A stretch of 64,000 nucleotides of DNA from Alphaproteobacteria bacterium (GTDB lineage: Bacteria; Pseudomonadota; Alphaproteobacteria; Rs-D84), in contig JAFTPS010000014.1 of assembly GCA_017463185.1 (NCBI GenBank), forward strand, positions 154,546 through 218,545, read 5' to 3'. Under the pieces are notes generated by a model. That model did no database searches. It saw only the letters and a list, made by a program, of their open reading frames with translations, and was not told where the DNA came from. Below are positions 55,679 to 64,000 of this stretch, one piece after another. Positions within the stretch are counted from its first letter, which is position 1. Every line of letters starts with the position of its first letter. Made by a program: the position numbers and the translations under genes.

Positions 55679-57294
55679 TTTATTTTCCTTAGTTTTCTTT
55701 CAATTATGGGGACGACTGTCAATCCATCATCAGACAATTCAATAGCACGCAAGTATGCATTACGGGCATTTTCGTATTCACCCACCTCTACATACAGGTC
55801 CCCCAGGTGCTCAAATAAAGACGAACACGTCTCGGATACTTCGCCAACGCGTTCCAATACATCCAGTGCGGCAATCACACCTTCGCGCACCGCGACCACA
55901 CATCCCAACGTATCCCACGCCAAGACATCGGTCGGATTTCGTTTTACTAAATTCATTGCATATTCATACGCGTTTTCAATTTCGCGATTTTGTGCGGCCC
56001 ATATTTTTGCCTGCAAAGAAACGATTTCGCCATCAATCATCAGTGTGTCTGATGCGGTGCGAATATCATCCTGGGCGGCTTTCAGGTCGCCAAACGCATA
56101 GTGAACCTGGGCGCGGGATTTAATGAAAAACGCCCTGCCCGCTTCATTTAATTCGTTGCTGTCCAATGCGCGGTCAATCACACGCAGTGCCGACCGTTTA
56201 TTTCCATGCTGAATATGATATCCAACCAGTTTGTTTGCCGCCGGTACAAACAACGGATGGTCGCGCATAACCTGTTCCAGTTTTTTTATATCGCCACCAT
56301 TTTCCGCATCGCGTAATACAGCGAATAAATAGAAAGGGCTGTCTGGGTTTATCTTGGAAAAATATTTTTGATAATCGCCAACATTATTGTAAAAGAATTG
56401 CCCCAGATAATAATTTATTGCGTCTGCGTTTTTACCAAAATCTGGTGCGGTAATTTCTGCAAATCGTAACAATAATATTGCCAAATCTGAATACATCATA
56501 ATCTGGGTGTGTGACACATTTTGAACCAAACTGAACCCCAGTTGATTTTCATATCCGCTATACATTGACCAGTCTGGGATATTGTCGTAATCGGACATAA
56601 ACAGCCCGCCCGGGCGGGTTGTAAATTCCGCCCGCAAAGCATCTGCTTTATCAGCCATATCGTGATGAGTATAAAACGACATTATATACAGATAGTCGTT
56701 TATATTCATAAAATCGGGCGATACTTTTTCAAAGTATTCTGCTGCTTTGTCTTGGTCGCCTAATTCTGCATAAATTTGTCCACAAATAAATGATTTCCAG
56801 GATTCGTTTGTAGGCAGTTTATCAATAAAATTAAAAGTTTTTGTTCTATAATCATTTTTTATTGCTGACCAAATCCGCAACGGTGCCGCCAATGCAGATT
56901 CGTCGTTTTTATGGCGATTGTGTAATTCTTTCCATTCGCCTTGTTGTACCAGATATGCGTCATAAATCAGGCGGGCTGGCATACTTTTTTCAGATTTTAA
57001 CAATTTTGCATTCTGTGGCATATAACCGCTCAGGAACTCGGATATATATTTTGTGTTTTGAACAATCGGATATTCTGTTTCCGTCAATGCGTATGAAAAA
57101 TTGGCGGCACTGTCAAAGTCATTGATATAAATTGCGTGCTGTGCCGCCAAGAAATTACCATATTTAGATGCGGGAAAATGATATTGTTCCCCTGCGCTGT
57201 TTCTTTCGCCAATATGATGCCATATTGCTGTTCCTGTTACCGCTATGACAGCAAACAAACTAATGCCTATAAATAATTTCTCTATTTTTCTCAT
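55675..57294 (-). CDS. TPR-repeat protein with N-terminal signal anchor
   Basis: Start taken at MRKIEKLFIGISLFAVIAVTG. Multiple 34-aa TPR-like repeats, e.g. ...AYEYAMNLVKRNPTDVLAWDTLG... Confidence 0.55.
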   Translation of the reverse strand: MRKIEKLFIGISLFAVIAVTGTAIWHHIGERNSAGEQYHFPASKYGNFLAAQHAIYINDFDSAANFSYALTETEYPIVQNTKYISEFLSGYMPQNAKLLKSEKSMPARLIYDAYLVQQGEWKELHNRHKNDESALAAPLRIWSAIKNDYRTKTFNFIDKLPTNESWKSFICGQIYAELGDQDKAAEYFEKVSPDFMNINDYLYIMSFYTHHDMADKADALRAEFTTRPGGLFMSDYDNIPDWSMYSGYENQLGFSLVQNVSHTQIMMYSDLAILLLRFAEITAPDFGKNADAINYYLGQFFYNNVGDYQKYFSKINPDSPFYLFAVLRDAENGGDIKKLEQVMRDHPLFVPAANKLVGYHIQHGNKRSALRVIDRALDSNELNEAGRAFFIKSRAQVHYAFGDLKAAQDDIRTASDTLMIDGEIVSLQAKIWAAQNREIENAYEYAMNLVKRNPTDVLAWDTLGCVVAVREGVIAALDVLERVGEVSETCSSLFEHLGDLYVEVGEYENARNAYLRAIELSDDGLTVVPIIERKLRKIK

Positions 57295-57316
57295 AATGTA
57301 TGATAGAATAACGCTT

Positions 57317-57877
57317 ATGGATAATAATGTCAAATTTGAACAGTATGCACAAATGTTGCGGGAATGGTCCGGGCGTATGAACCTGGTCGCGCCCAGCACA
57401 TTGCCCGATATAAAAACGCGTCATTTTGCGGACAGTGCTCAACTGGCGAATATTTTACCGCGTGATGTTGATGTTGCTGATTTGGGCAGTGGTGCTGGTT
57501 TTCCAGGGGTTGTGTTGGCAATATTAGGGTGGCGGGTAACCTGTATTGAATCTATTGGTAAAAAGGTTGCGTTTTTGACCGCGGTAAAGGAAAAGTTAGG
57601 GCTGGATAACCTGACAATTTATCACGGTCGTGTTGAAAATTTTGTCCGGGATTTGCCGGCAAAAACACCAAATTTAGTATTTACGGCACGGGCATTTGCG
57701 TCATTGTTGAAAATTATGGATTATGTAGCATCTACAAAATGCCGGCTTTTTTTACTAAAAGGCCGGGAAATAGAATCTGAAATAGCCACCGCAAAAACAA
57801 AATATAAATTTAGTTATGATTTAACCCCATCGCGTACCGGGGACGGTTTTATAATTTCTGTGCGTTTTGACCGGTAA
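57317..57877 (+). CDS. rsmG: 16S rRNA (guanine527-N7)-methyltransferase RsmG (GidB)
   Basis: SAM motif DLGSGAGFPG. Located upstream of parAB, as in the conserved gidB-parA-parB arrangement. Start taken at MDNNVKFEQY. Confidence 0.85.
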   Translation: MDNNVKFEQYAQMLREWSGRMNLVAPSTLPDIKTRHFADSAQLANILPRDVDVADLGSGAGFPGVVLAILGWRVTCIESIGKKVAFLTAVKEKLGLDNLTIYHGRVENFVRDLPAKTPNLVFTARAFASLLKIMDYVASTKCRLFLLKGREIESEIATAKTKYKFSYDLTPSRTGDGFIISVRFDR

Positions 57878-57889
57878 TTTCATATGAAA
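57878..57889. promoter_or_regulatory. parS-like palindrome TTTCATATGAAA (copy 1)
   Basis: A 12-bp perfect palindrome matching parS (TGTTTCACGTGAAACA) at 13/16 positions when extended. Part of a ~45-bp direct repeat with 58091-58137. Confidence 0.35.
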
Positions 57890-58088
57890 TAAACGTTATT
57901 ATGTTGATTTTAGCGTGATTTCCAATTTGTTAAAAAATAGGCGTTTTTGCCGGTGTTATTGCTGTATTTGCATCGTGTGATGTCGCTGAACCCGGTGTCA
58001 GCAGTTATTGTGATTGACCAAGAAAATAGTTTTTTGGATTTTATAATGTTGCTATTATAATAAAAATATAAATTTGTCTACAAAACAG

Positions 58089-58104
58089 TGTTTCATATGA
58101 AATA
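58089..58104. promoter_or_regulatory. parS-like palindrome tGTTTCATATGAAAta (copy 2), 115 bp upstream of parA
   Basis: Same palindrome; 13/16 match to consensus parS. Confidence 0.4.
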
Positions 58105-58217
58105 AAAAATATTTGTTTGATTTTAGGTTATATTTTGTTTGTACGTGTTTAATGCCTTGACCGAATCGTTGCGATTTAATAAGGTAAAAAACAAAAGTAG
58201 GACACTAGGAAAGGAAT

Positions 58218-59000
58218 ATGGTACGAATAATCGCTTTTGCAAATCAAAAGGGCGGGGTGGGCAAAACCACGACCGCAATAAATATAGGGGCGTCATTGGC
58301 GGCAATCAAAAAACGTGTGTTGCTGATTGATTTAGATCCCCAGGGAAACGCCGGTACGGGATTGGGGTTTGTGCGTGCTTCACATCGCCAAAGTGTTTAT
58401 GGGGTGATTATGGGGACGGCAAATGCCGCGGACAATATTCTGTCCACAGCGGTGCCAGGAATGCATATTTTGCCATCTTCCCAGGCACTGGCGGGCGCAG
58501 ATTTAGATTTGCAAGGGATGGATAATATGGAATATCGTCTGCGCGATGCTTTGCAGCCGATTTTACCACACTATGATTATATTTTACTGGACTGCCCGCC
58601 TGCTTTGGGAACCTTAACTTTGAATGCATTGACAACAGCGGACAGCGTAATTGTTCCTTTGCAGTGCGAATTTTTTGCACTAGAGGGTATACAACAGCTG
58701 ACCGAAACAATCAAAGCTGTAAAGCAAAAATGGAATCCTGACTTAGAAATTCTTGGGGTGTTACTAACTATGTACGACCGCAGATATGGTTTGACGCGCG
58801 CTGTTGATGATGATGTGCGAAAAACATTTGGTGATTTAGTGTTTAAAACTGTCGTGCCACGCAATGTTCGCGTGTCAGAGGCACCCAGTCACGGGAAGCC
58901 CGCATTGTTTTATGATTTTAATTCAACTGGTGCCCAGGCATATTTGCGTGTTGCAACCGAAGTTGTACAACGAACCGAAGGGGGCGAAAATGTCTTCTAA
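58218..59000 (+). CDS. parA: Chromosome partitioning ATPase ParA (Soj)
   Basis: Deviant Walker A KGGVGKTTTAINIGASLA. 260 aa. Confidence 0.9.
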   Translation: MVRIIAFANQKGGVGKTTTAINIGASLAAIKKRVLLIDLDPQGNAGTGLGFVRASHRQSVYGVIMGTANAADNILSTAVPGMHILPSSQALAGADLDLQGMDNMEYRLRDALQPILPHYDYILLDCPPALGTLTLNALTTADSVIVPLQCEFFALEGIQQLTETIKAVKQKWNPDLEILGVLLTMYDRRYGLTRAVDDDVRKTFGDLVFKTVVPRNVRVSEAPSHGKPALFYDFNSTGAQAYLRVATEVVQRTEGGENVF

Positions 59001-59868
59001 ATTTGGATTGGGACGCGGTTTGTCCGACCTTAAAAATGAAATGGGAAATATTCCAGATATTAGTATTTTAACCGGAACAGAGCGTGTTATTGTAAAGCAA
59101 GTGCCTCTGATTCAAATCGGTGCAAATCCGGACCAGCCCCGTAAAACATTTTCCGATGCAGAATTGGCTGATTTGGCCGCTTCAATTCGTGAAAAAGGTG
59201 TTTTACAGCCTATTATTCTGCGAACTGTTACAGGGCGGCCTTATATGTATGAAATTGTCGCGGGCGAACGTCGTTATCGTGCATCTCAGATTGCGGGGTT
59301 AAATGAAATTCCTGCGTTGGTTAAAACCCTGTCCAATGAAAACGCGATGGAAATCGCATTGATTGAAAATGTTCAACGCGAAAATTTAAACCCAATAGAA
59401 GAGGCCAACGCCTATAAAAATTTGATGGAACGTTGTCAGTATGAAATGGCGGATGTGGTTCGTCTGATTGGCAAATCTGAAAGTTATATTCGTAACTGTT
59501 TGCGTCTGACAGGGTTGCCAGATGCGGTAAAAAAAATGTTAGAGCAGGGTGATTTATCTGCATCCCACGCACGAACAATTGCCGCATCTGCTGACCCATT
59601 GGCGTTGGCTGAAAAAATAATTGCTGAAAAATTATCCGTTGCCGCAACGGAAAATATGGTAAAAAACGCACCGCGTGCCACGAATGCGCGTCCGCGTGTA
59701 CAAAAAACTATTGACCCGGCAACGGTGCGTGAAATTGAAACGCGTATTCGTGCGGCAATTGGCGTTCCCGTAAAATTGACCGAGCGTCGTGGTGGGGCAG
59801 GGCAGATTACATTATCTTTTTCAACCCGCACACAAATGTACGAATTGGTTGATACTTTGACTAAATAA
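58990..59868 (+). CDS. parB: Chromosome partitioning protein ParB (Spo0J)
   Basis: Start taken at MSSKFGLGRGLSDL. ParB box GERRYRAS and an HTH region. Overlaps the parA stop. Confidence 0.9.
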   Translation: MSSKFGLGRGLSDLKNEMGNIPDISILTGTERVIVKQVPLIQIGANPDQPRKTFSDAELADLAASIREKGVLQPIILRTVTGRPYMYEIVAGERRYRASQIAGLNEIPALVKTLSNENAMEIALIENVQRENLNPIEEANAYKNLMERCQYEMADVVRLIGKSESYIRNCLRLTGLPDAVKKMLEQGDLSASHARTIAASADPLALAEKIIAEKLSVAATENMVKNAPRATNARPRVQKTIDPATVREIETRIRAAIGVPVKLTERRGGAGQITLSFSTRTQMYELVDTLTK

Positions 59869-59892
59869 AAAAGCCGGCTTTTGCCGGCTTTT

Positions 59893-60957
<1,065 letters not shown>

Positions 60958-61020
60958 TTATGATTTTTTTGAACTATAAATCACGATACTTAAAAAATCA
61001 AGGCAACCCGATAAATTTAT

Positions 61021-61401
61021 TTGATTTATCAGATAATCTGGTATTATAAGCGCACTATGCGTGATACTATAAAGGCTCATAAAGATTTTTTAATGGCTGA
61101 CGGCGACCCGTCGGCCCGCAGTGCATTCTTTTTAATTCGTGCGAAAACGGCGCGTTTTGCGGATAATCCGCGTTATGGTCTGACGGTGACCAAGCGTACT
61201 TTTCGTCACGCTGTGGACCGTAATCGTGCCAAGCGTTTGTTGCGCGATTGGGTTCGTTTTAATGAAAAATTATTACGCCCAGATTTGGACTATGTTTTTA
61301 TTGCCCGTCGTGCGATATTGGACGCAACGCGCACCGATGGTCGGGTCGCGATGAAAAAGGCCTTAAATTACCTGCGTAAATTAAAGACAGATGAACAATA
61401 A
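61021..61401 (+). CDS. rnpA: Ribonuclease P protein component
   Basis: The RNR-like motif ...RNRAKRLLRDWVRF... plus overlap with yidD support the call. True start possibly at MRDTIK (61057). Confidence 0.75.
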   Translation: MIYQIIWYYKRTMRDTIKAHKDFLMADGDPSARSAFFLIRAKTARFADNPRYGLTVTKRTFRHAVDRNRAKRLLRDWVRFNEKLLRPDLDYVFIARRAILDATRTDGRVAMKKALNYLRKLKTDEQ

Positions 61402-61627
61402 ACTTTCGTTATCAAAGCGGATTGCGATTAGTCTGGTGCGCGTGTACCAGGCGGCTATTTCCCCATTTGTCGGGGGCAGGGCGGCGTGTCGTTTTATCCC
61501 CAGTTGCAGTGAATATACCCGGCAATCAATTGAAAAGTATGGGGTGTTTCGCGGTATAGTTTTAGGGGCGCGTCGTATTCTGCGTTGTCGCCCCGGTGGT
61601 GGTTTTGGGTACGACCCTGTTCCTTGA
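61391..61627 (+). CDS. yidD: Membrane protein insertion efficiency factor YidD
   Basis: 78 aa; ...YQAAISPFVGGRAACRFIPSCSEYTRQSIEKYG... is canonical YidD. Confidence 0.9.
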   Translation: MNNKLSLSKRIAISLVRVYQAAISPFVGGRAACRFIPSCSEYTRQSIEKYGVFRGIVLGARRILRCRPGGGFGYDPVP

Positions 61628-61690
61628 CAACGGGGCTGATTATGGTACAATTCGGTCTGACCGAAAAATAACAGATAAAGGATTTATATT

Positions 61691-62131
61691 ATGTCTTTTC
61701 GTGCAACAGTTGAATCAATGTCCAAAATTATGGATGAAATGGGCATTACGGAATTAGAGCTGGAACGCCAGTTTTTGTTTGGCGTGTACCGCAAACACAT
61801 TCATTTATCTAAACAGACGGGCACAACCGCGGTTGCTATGCCATCCTTGCCGGTGGCTGAGGCTAAATCCACCAACGCAGAACCCGCCCCAGTCAGTGGT
61901 TATTCATTAAAATCGCCAATGGTGGGGGTTGTGTACCTGGCCCCGGAACCTGGCGCAGACACTTTTGTAAAGGTTGGCACATCGGTAAAGGTCGGCGATA
62001 CAGTTGCTTTGGTAGAGGCTATGAAAACGTTCAATCCGATAAAATCTGACAAAGATGGCGTGGTCAAGGAAATCTTGGTATCGGATGGCGCGGCGGTTGA
62101 ATTTGACCAGCCCTTGATTATCATTGAATAA
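61691..62131 (+). CDS. accB: Acetyl-CoA carboxylase biotin carboxyl carrier protein
   Basis: Biotinyl-lysine motif EAMKT; C-terminal lipoyl-like domain. Confidence 0.9.
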   Translation: MSFRATVESMSKIMDEMGITELELERQFLFGVYRKHIHLSKQTGTTAVAMPSLPVAEAKSTNAEPAPVSGYSLKSPMVGVVYLAPEPGADTFVKVGTSVKVGDTVALVEAMKTFNPIKSDKDGVVKEILVSDGAAVEFDQPLIIIE

Positions 62132-62144
62132 AAACAGATAAAAT

Positions 62145-63494
62145 ATGTCACAAATAAAAAAAGTATTGATTGCCAATCGTGGCGAAATCGCACTGCGTGT
62201 AATTCGTGCGTGTCGCGATATGGGTATACGCACGGTTGCGGTGTATTCAACCGTTGACCGTGATGCAATGCATGTACAGTTGGCGGATGAATCCGTATGT
62301 ATTGGTCCAGGACCGGCCCGTGATTCATATTTAAACGAATCTGCAATTTTAACGGCGGCATTGTTGACTAATGCGGATGCAATTCACCCGGGATATGGAT
62401 TTTTGTCTGAACGTGCCGACTTTGCACAAAAGGTTGAACAGCACGGAATGATTTGGATTGGGCCATCACCGGAAATGATTATCCGTATGGGTGATAAAGT
62501 AAATGCTAAACAGACCGCAATTGAATGTGGGCTGCCCGTTGTGCCGGGGTCTGATGGCGCGTTAGAATCATTAGATGACGCCCTGGCCACCGCTGAAAAA
62601 ATTGGTTATCCAGTTATGTTAAAGGCATCGGCCGGTGGTGGTGGTCGTGGTATGCGCCCCGTTATGAGTGCCGGCGACATGGCAGAGGCGTATCAGCTGA
62701 CTAAAAATGAGGCCAAGTCTGCCTTTGGTGATGATACGCTGTATATGGAAAAGTTATTGTTACATCCGCGTCATATAGAATTTCAGGTTCTGGGCGACAA
62801 ACACGGTAATGTGGTAATATTTGGCGAACGCGATTGTTCCTTGCAACGTCGTAATCAAAAAGTGATGGAGGAATGTCCCGCCGCTGCGTTATCCCAGAAA
62901 CAGCGTGATGATATGATAGATATTTGCAAAACCGCGGCCAAAAAAATGGGCTATACCAATGCCGGAACATTTGAATTTATGTTTGAGGACGGTAAATTCT
63001 ATTTCCTGGAAATGAACACCAGATTACAGGTGGAACATCCCGTCACAGAAATGGTATATGGCGTTGATTTGGTGCGCGAACAAATCCGCGTTGCTGCCGG
63101 TGAAAAATTGGGTTATACCCAGTCTAATGTTGTCCCGCATGGTCACGCGATTGAATTTCGTATCAATGCCGAAGACCCCGAAACTTTTATCCCAAATCCT
63201 GGAAAAATCACATTATATGCACCCTCGGGTGGATTGGGGGTACGTGTTGACAGTGCGGTCTATACCGGGTACGCGATTCCGCCGACATACGATTCAATGA
63301 TTGCAAAATTGATTGTTCACGCCCAGAATCGCCCCGCGTGTATTATGCGTGCAACGCGCGCCCTGGACGAGTTTGTAATAGAAGGTGTAAAAACCACTAT
63401 CCCATTACAACAGAAATTATTATCCAACAAGGATGTAAAACAATTAAACTTTGACAATCATTGGTTGGAAAATTTCTTGAAAAAAGATGAATAA
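62145..63494 (+). CDS. accC: Acetyl-CoA carboxylase biotin carboxylase subunit
   Basis: ATP-grasp fold with MSQIKKVLIANRGEIALRVIRAC. 449 aa. Confidence 0.95.
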   Translation: MSQIKKVLIANRGEIALRVIRACRDMGIRTVAVYSTVDRDAMHVQLADESVCIGPGPARDSYLNESAILTAALLTNADAIHPGYGFLSERADFAQKVEQHGMIWIGPSPEMIIRMGDKVNAKQTAIECGLPVVPGSDGALESLDDALATAEKIGYPVMLKASAGGGGRGMRPVMSAGDMAEAYQLTKNEAKSAFGDDTLYMEKLLLHPRHIEFQVLGDKHGNVVIFGERDCSLQRRNQKVMEECPAAALSQKQRDDMIDICKTAAKKMGYTNAGTFEFMFEDGKFYFLEMNTRLQVEHPVTEMVYGVDLVREQIRVAAGEKLGYTQSNVVPHGHAIEFRINAEDPETFIPNPGKITLYAPSGGLGVRVDSAVYTGYAIPPTYDSMIAKLIVHAQNRPACIMRATRALDEFVIEGVKTTIPLQQKLLSNKDVKQLNFDNHWLENFLKKDE

Positions 63495-63551
63495 AAACCC
63501 GGCATTTGCCGGCGTTTTTATATTCAAACAATTTGGTCCCTGCGGGGCAAT

Positions 63552-63577
63552 AGATACCCGCCTGCGCGGGTATGACG
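63552..63577. repeat. GC-rich REP-like palindrome (atacccgc-ctgc-gcgggtat) flanking GIY-YIG paralog 2
   Basis: Homologous to the hairpins at 16804-16884. Confidence 0.45.
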
Positions 63578-63595
63578 CGAGTTTTTAGCTATATG

Positions 63596-63910
63596 TTATT
63601 CTGGGGAATAGCCCTCAGCCAAAAGAATATCGTTATACAAATCACGCCAATCAGGATTTTTTTGAATTATTAGTCTGTATTTCCAATTACGATTCCATTT
63701 TTTTAACTGTCGTTCGCGCGCAACCATATTTTCTAATCGCTCGTGCCATTCATAATAAACCAATTTATCAACATTATATTTGGATGTAAAACCTTTGATA
63801 GCTTTGTTTTTGTGCTGCCAAATTCGTCCAACTAAATCAGAAGAAGAACCAATGTATAATGTCCCCATGGGACCGCTTGCTAAAATATAAACATATCCAC
63901 CAGATTTCAT
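63596..63910 (-). CDS. GIY-YIG nuclease family protein (paralog 2)
   Basis: MKSGGYVYILASGPMGTLYIGSSSDLVGRIWQHKN... is about 70% identical to 16940-17254. The ORF-track N-terminal extension to 63994 runs into the flanking palindrome and is likely spurious. Confidence 0.75.
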   Translation of the reverse strand: MKSGGYVYILASGPMGTLYIGSSSDLVGRIWQHKNKAIKGFTSKYNVDKLVYYEWHERLENMVARERQLKKWNRNWKYRLIIQKNPDWRDLYNDILLAEGYSPE

Positions 63911-63967
63911 AATGATATTATGATAATAACCGCATATCTTTTCAAACAAAAATTCATCAACACAGCC

Positions 63968-63997
63968 GTCATACCTGCGCAGGCGGGTATCCATTGC
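63968..63997. repeat. GC-rich REP-like palindrome (cgtcatacctgcgcaggcgggtatcc) flanking GIY-YIG paralog 2
   Basis: Near-identical to cgtcataccggcgtaggccggtatcc at 16858-16884. Lies at the window edge. Confidence 0.45.
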
Positions 63998-64000
63998 TAG

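Overview
This is a 64-kb chromosomal segment from an AT-rich Gram-negative bacterium (roughly 35-40% GC). Gene content and order look proteobacterial, with scrambled housekeeping neighbourhoods. Coding density is high and almost all genes are core housekeeping: rfbACDB, dnaG, topA, rodA-mrdA-mreDC, rpmI-rplT-pheST, dnaX, pnp, ybaB, ileS, nth, der, rpsO-truB, mutS, xseB, pal, infC, gpsA, rsmG, parAB, mreB, rnpA-yidD, accBC and ychF. The main accessory region is at the left end (about 1.5-5.8 kb): a P4-type tyrosine integrase, a Bro-N/DinD-like gene and a very AT-rich two-gene module, ending at a tRNA 3'-end fragment that looks like an att site. The two-gene module pairs an AAA_21/ABC-type ATPase with a small RloB/TOPRIM-like protein, resembling AbiL/PARIS-class anti-phage systems. 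Other notable content: (i) an orphan virB3-virB4 type IV secretion pair with TGTTGAAA iterons upstream; (ii) a four-gene lipoprotein operon; (iii) three copies of a conserved ~230-nt structured 5' leader, each directly upstream of a different outer-membrane or lipoprotein gene, with a terminator hairpin and U-tract abutting the RBS and an upstream complementary antiterminator segment, making it a candidate new cis-regulatory RNA/riboswitch family; (iv) a second, unrelated structured leader upstream of two tandem small Cys-rich secreted proteins; (v) two GIY-YIG nuclease paralogs flanked by GC-rich palindromes; (vi) a CA-rich motif repeated twice, each copy ending in an intrinsic terminator, suggesting an sRNA pair; (vii) a type IV pilin-like gene fused into the dnaX transcription unit; (viii) parS-like palindromes upstream of parAB; (ix) an unannotated rpmJ (bL36) below the ORF-track size cutoff. 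No rRNA genes, intact tRNA genes or CRISPR arrays were seen.
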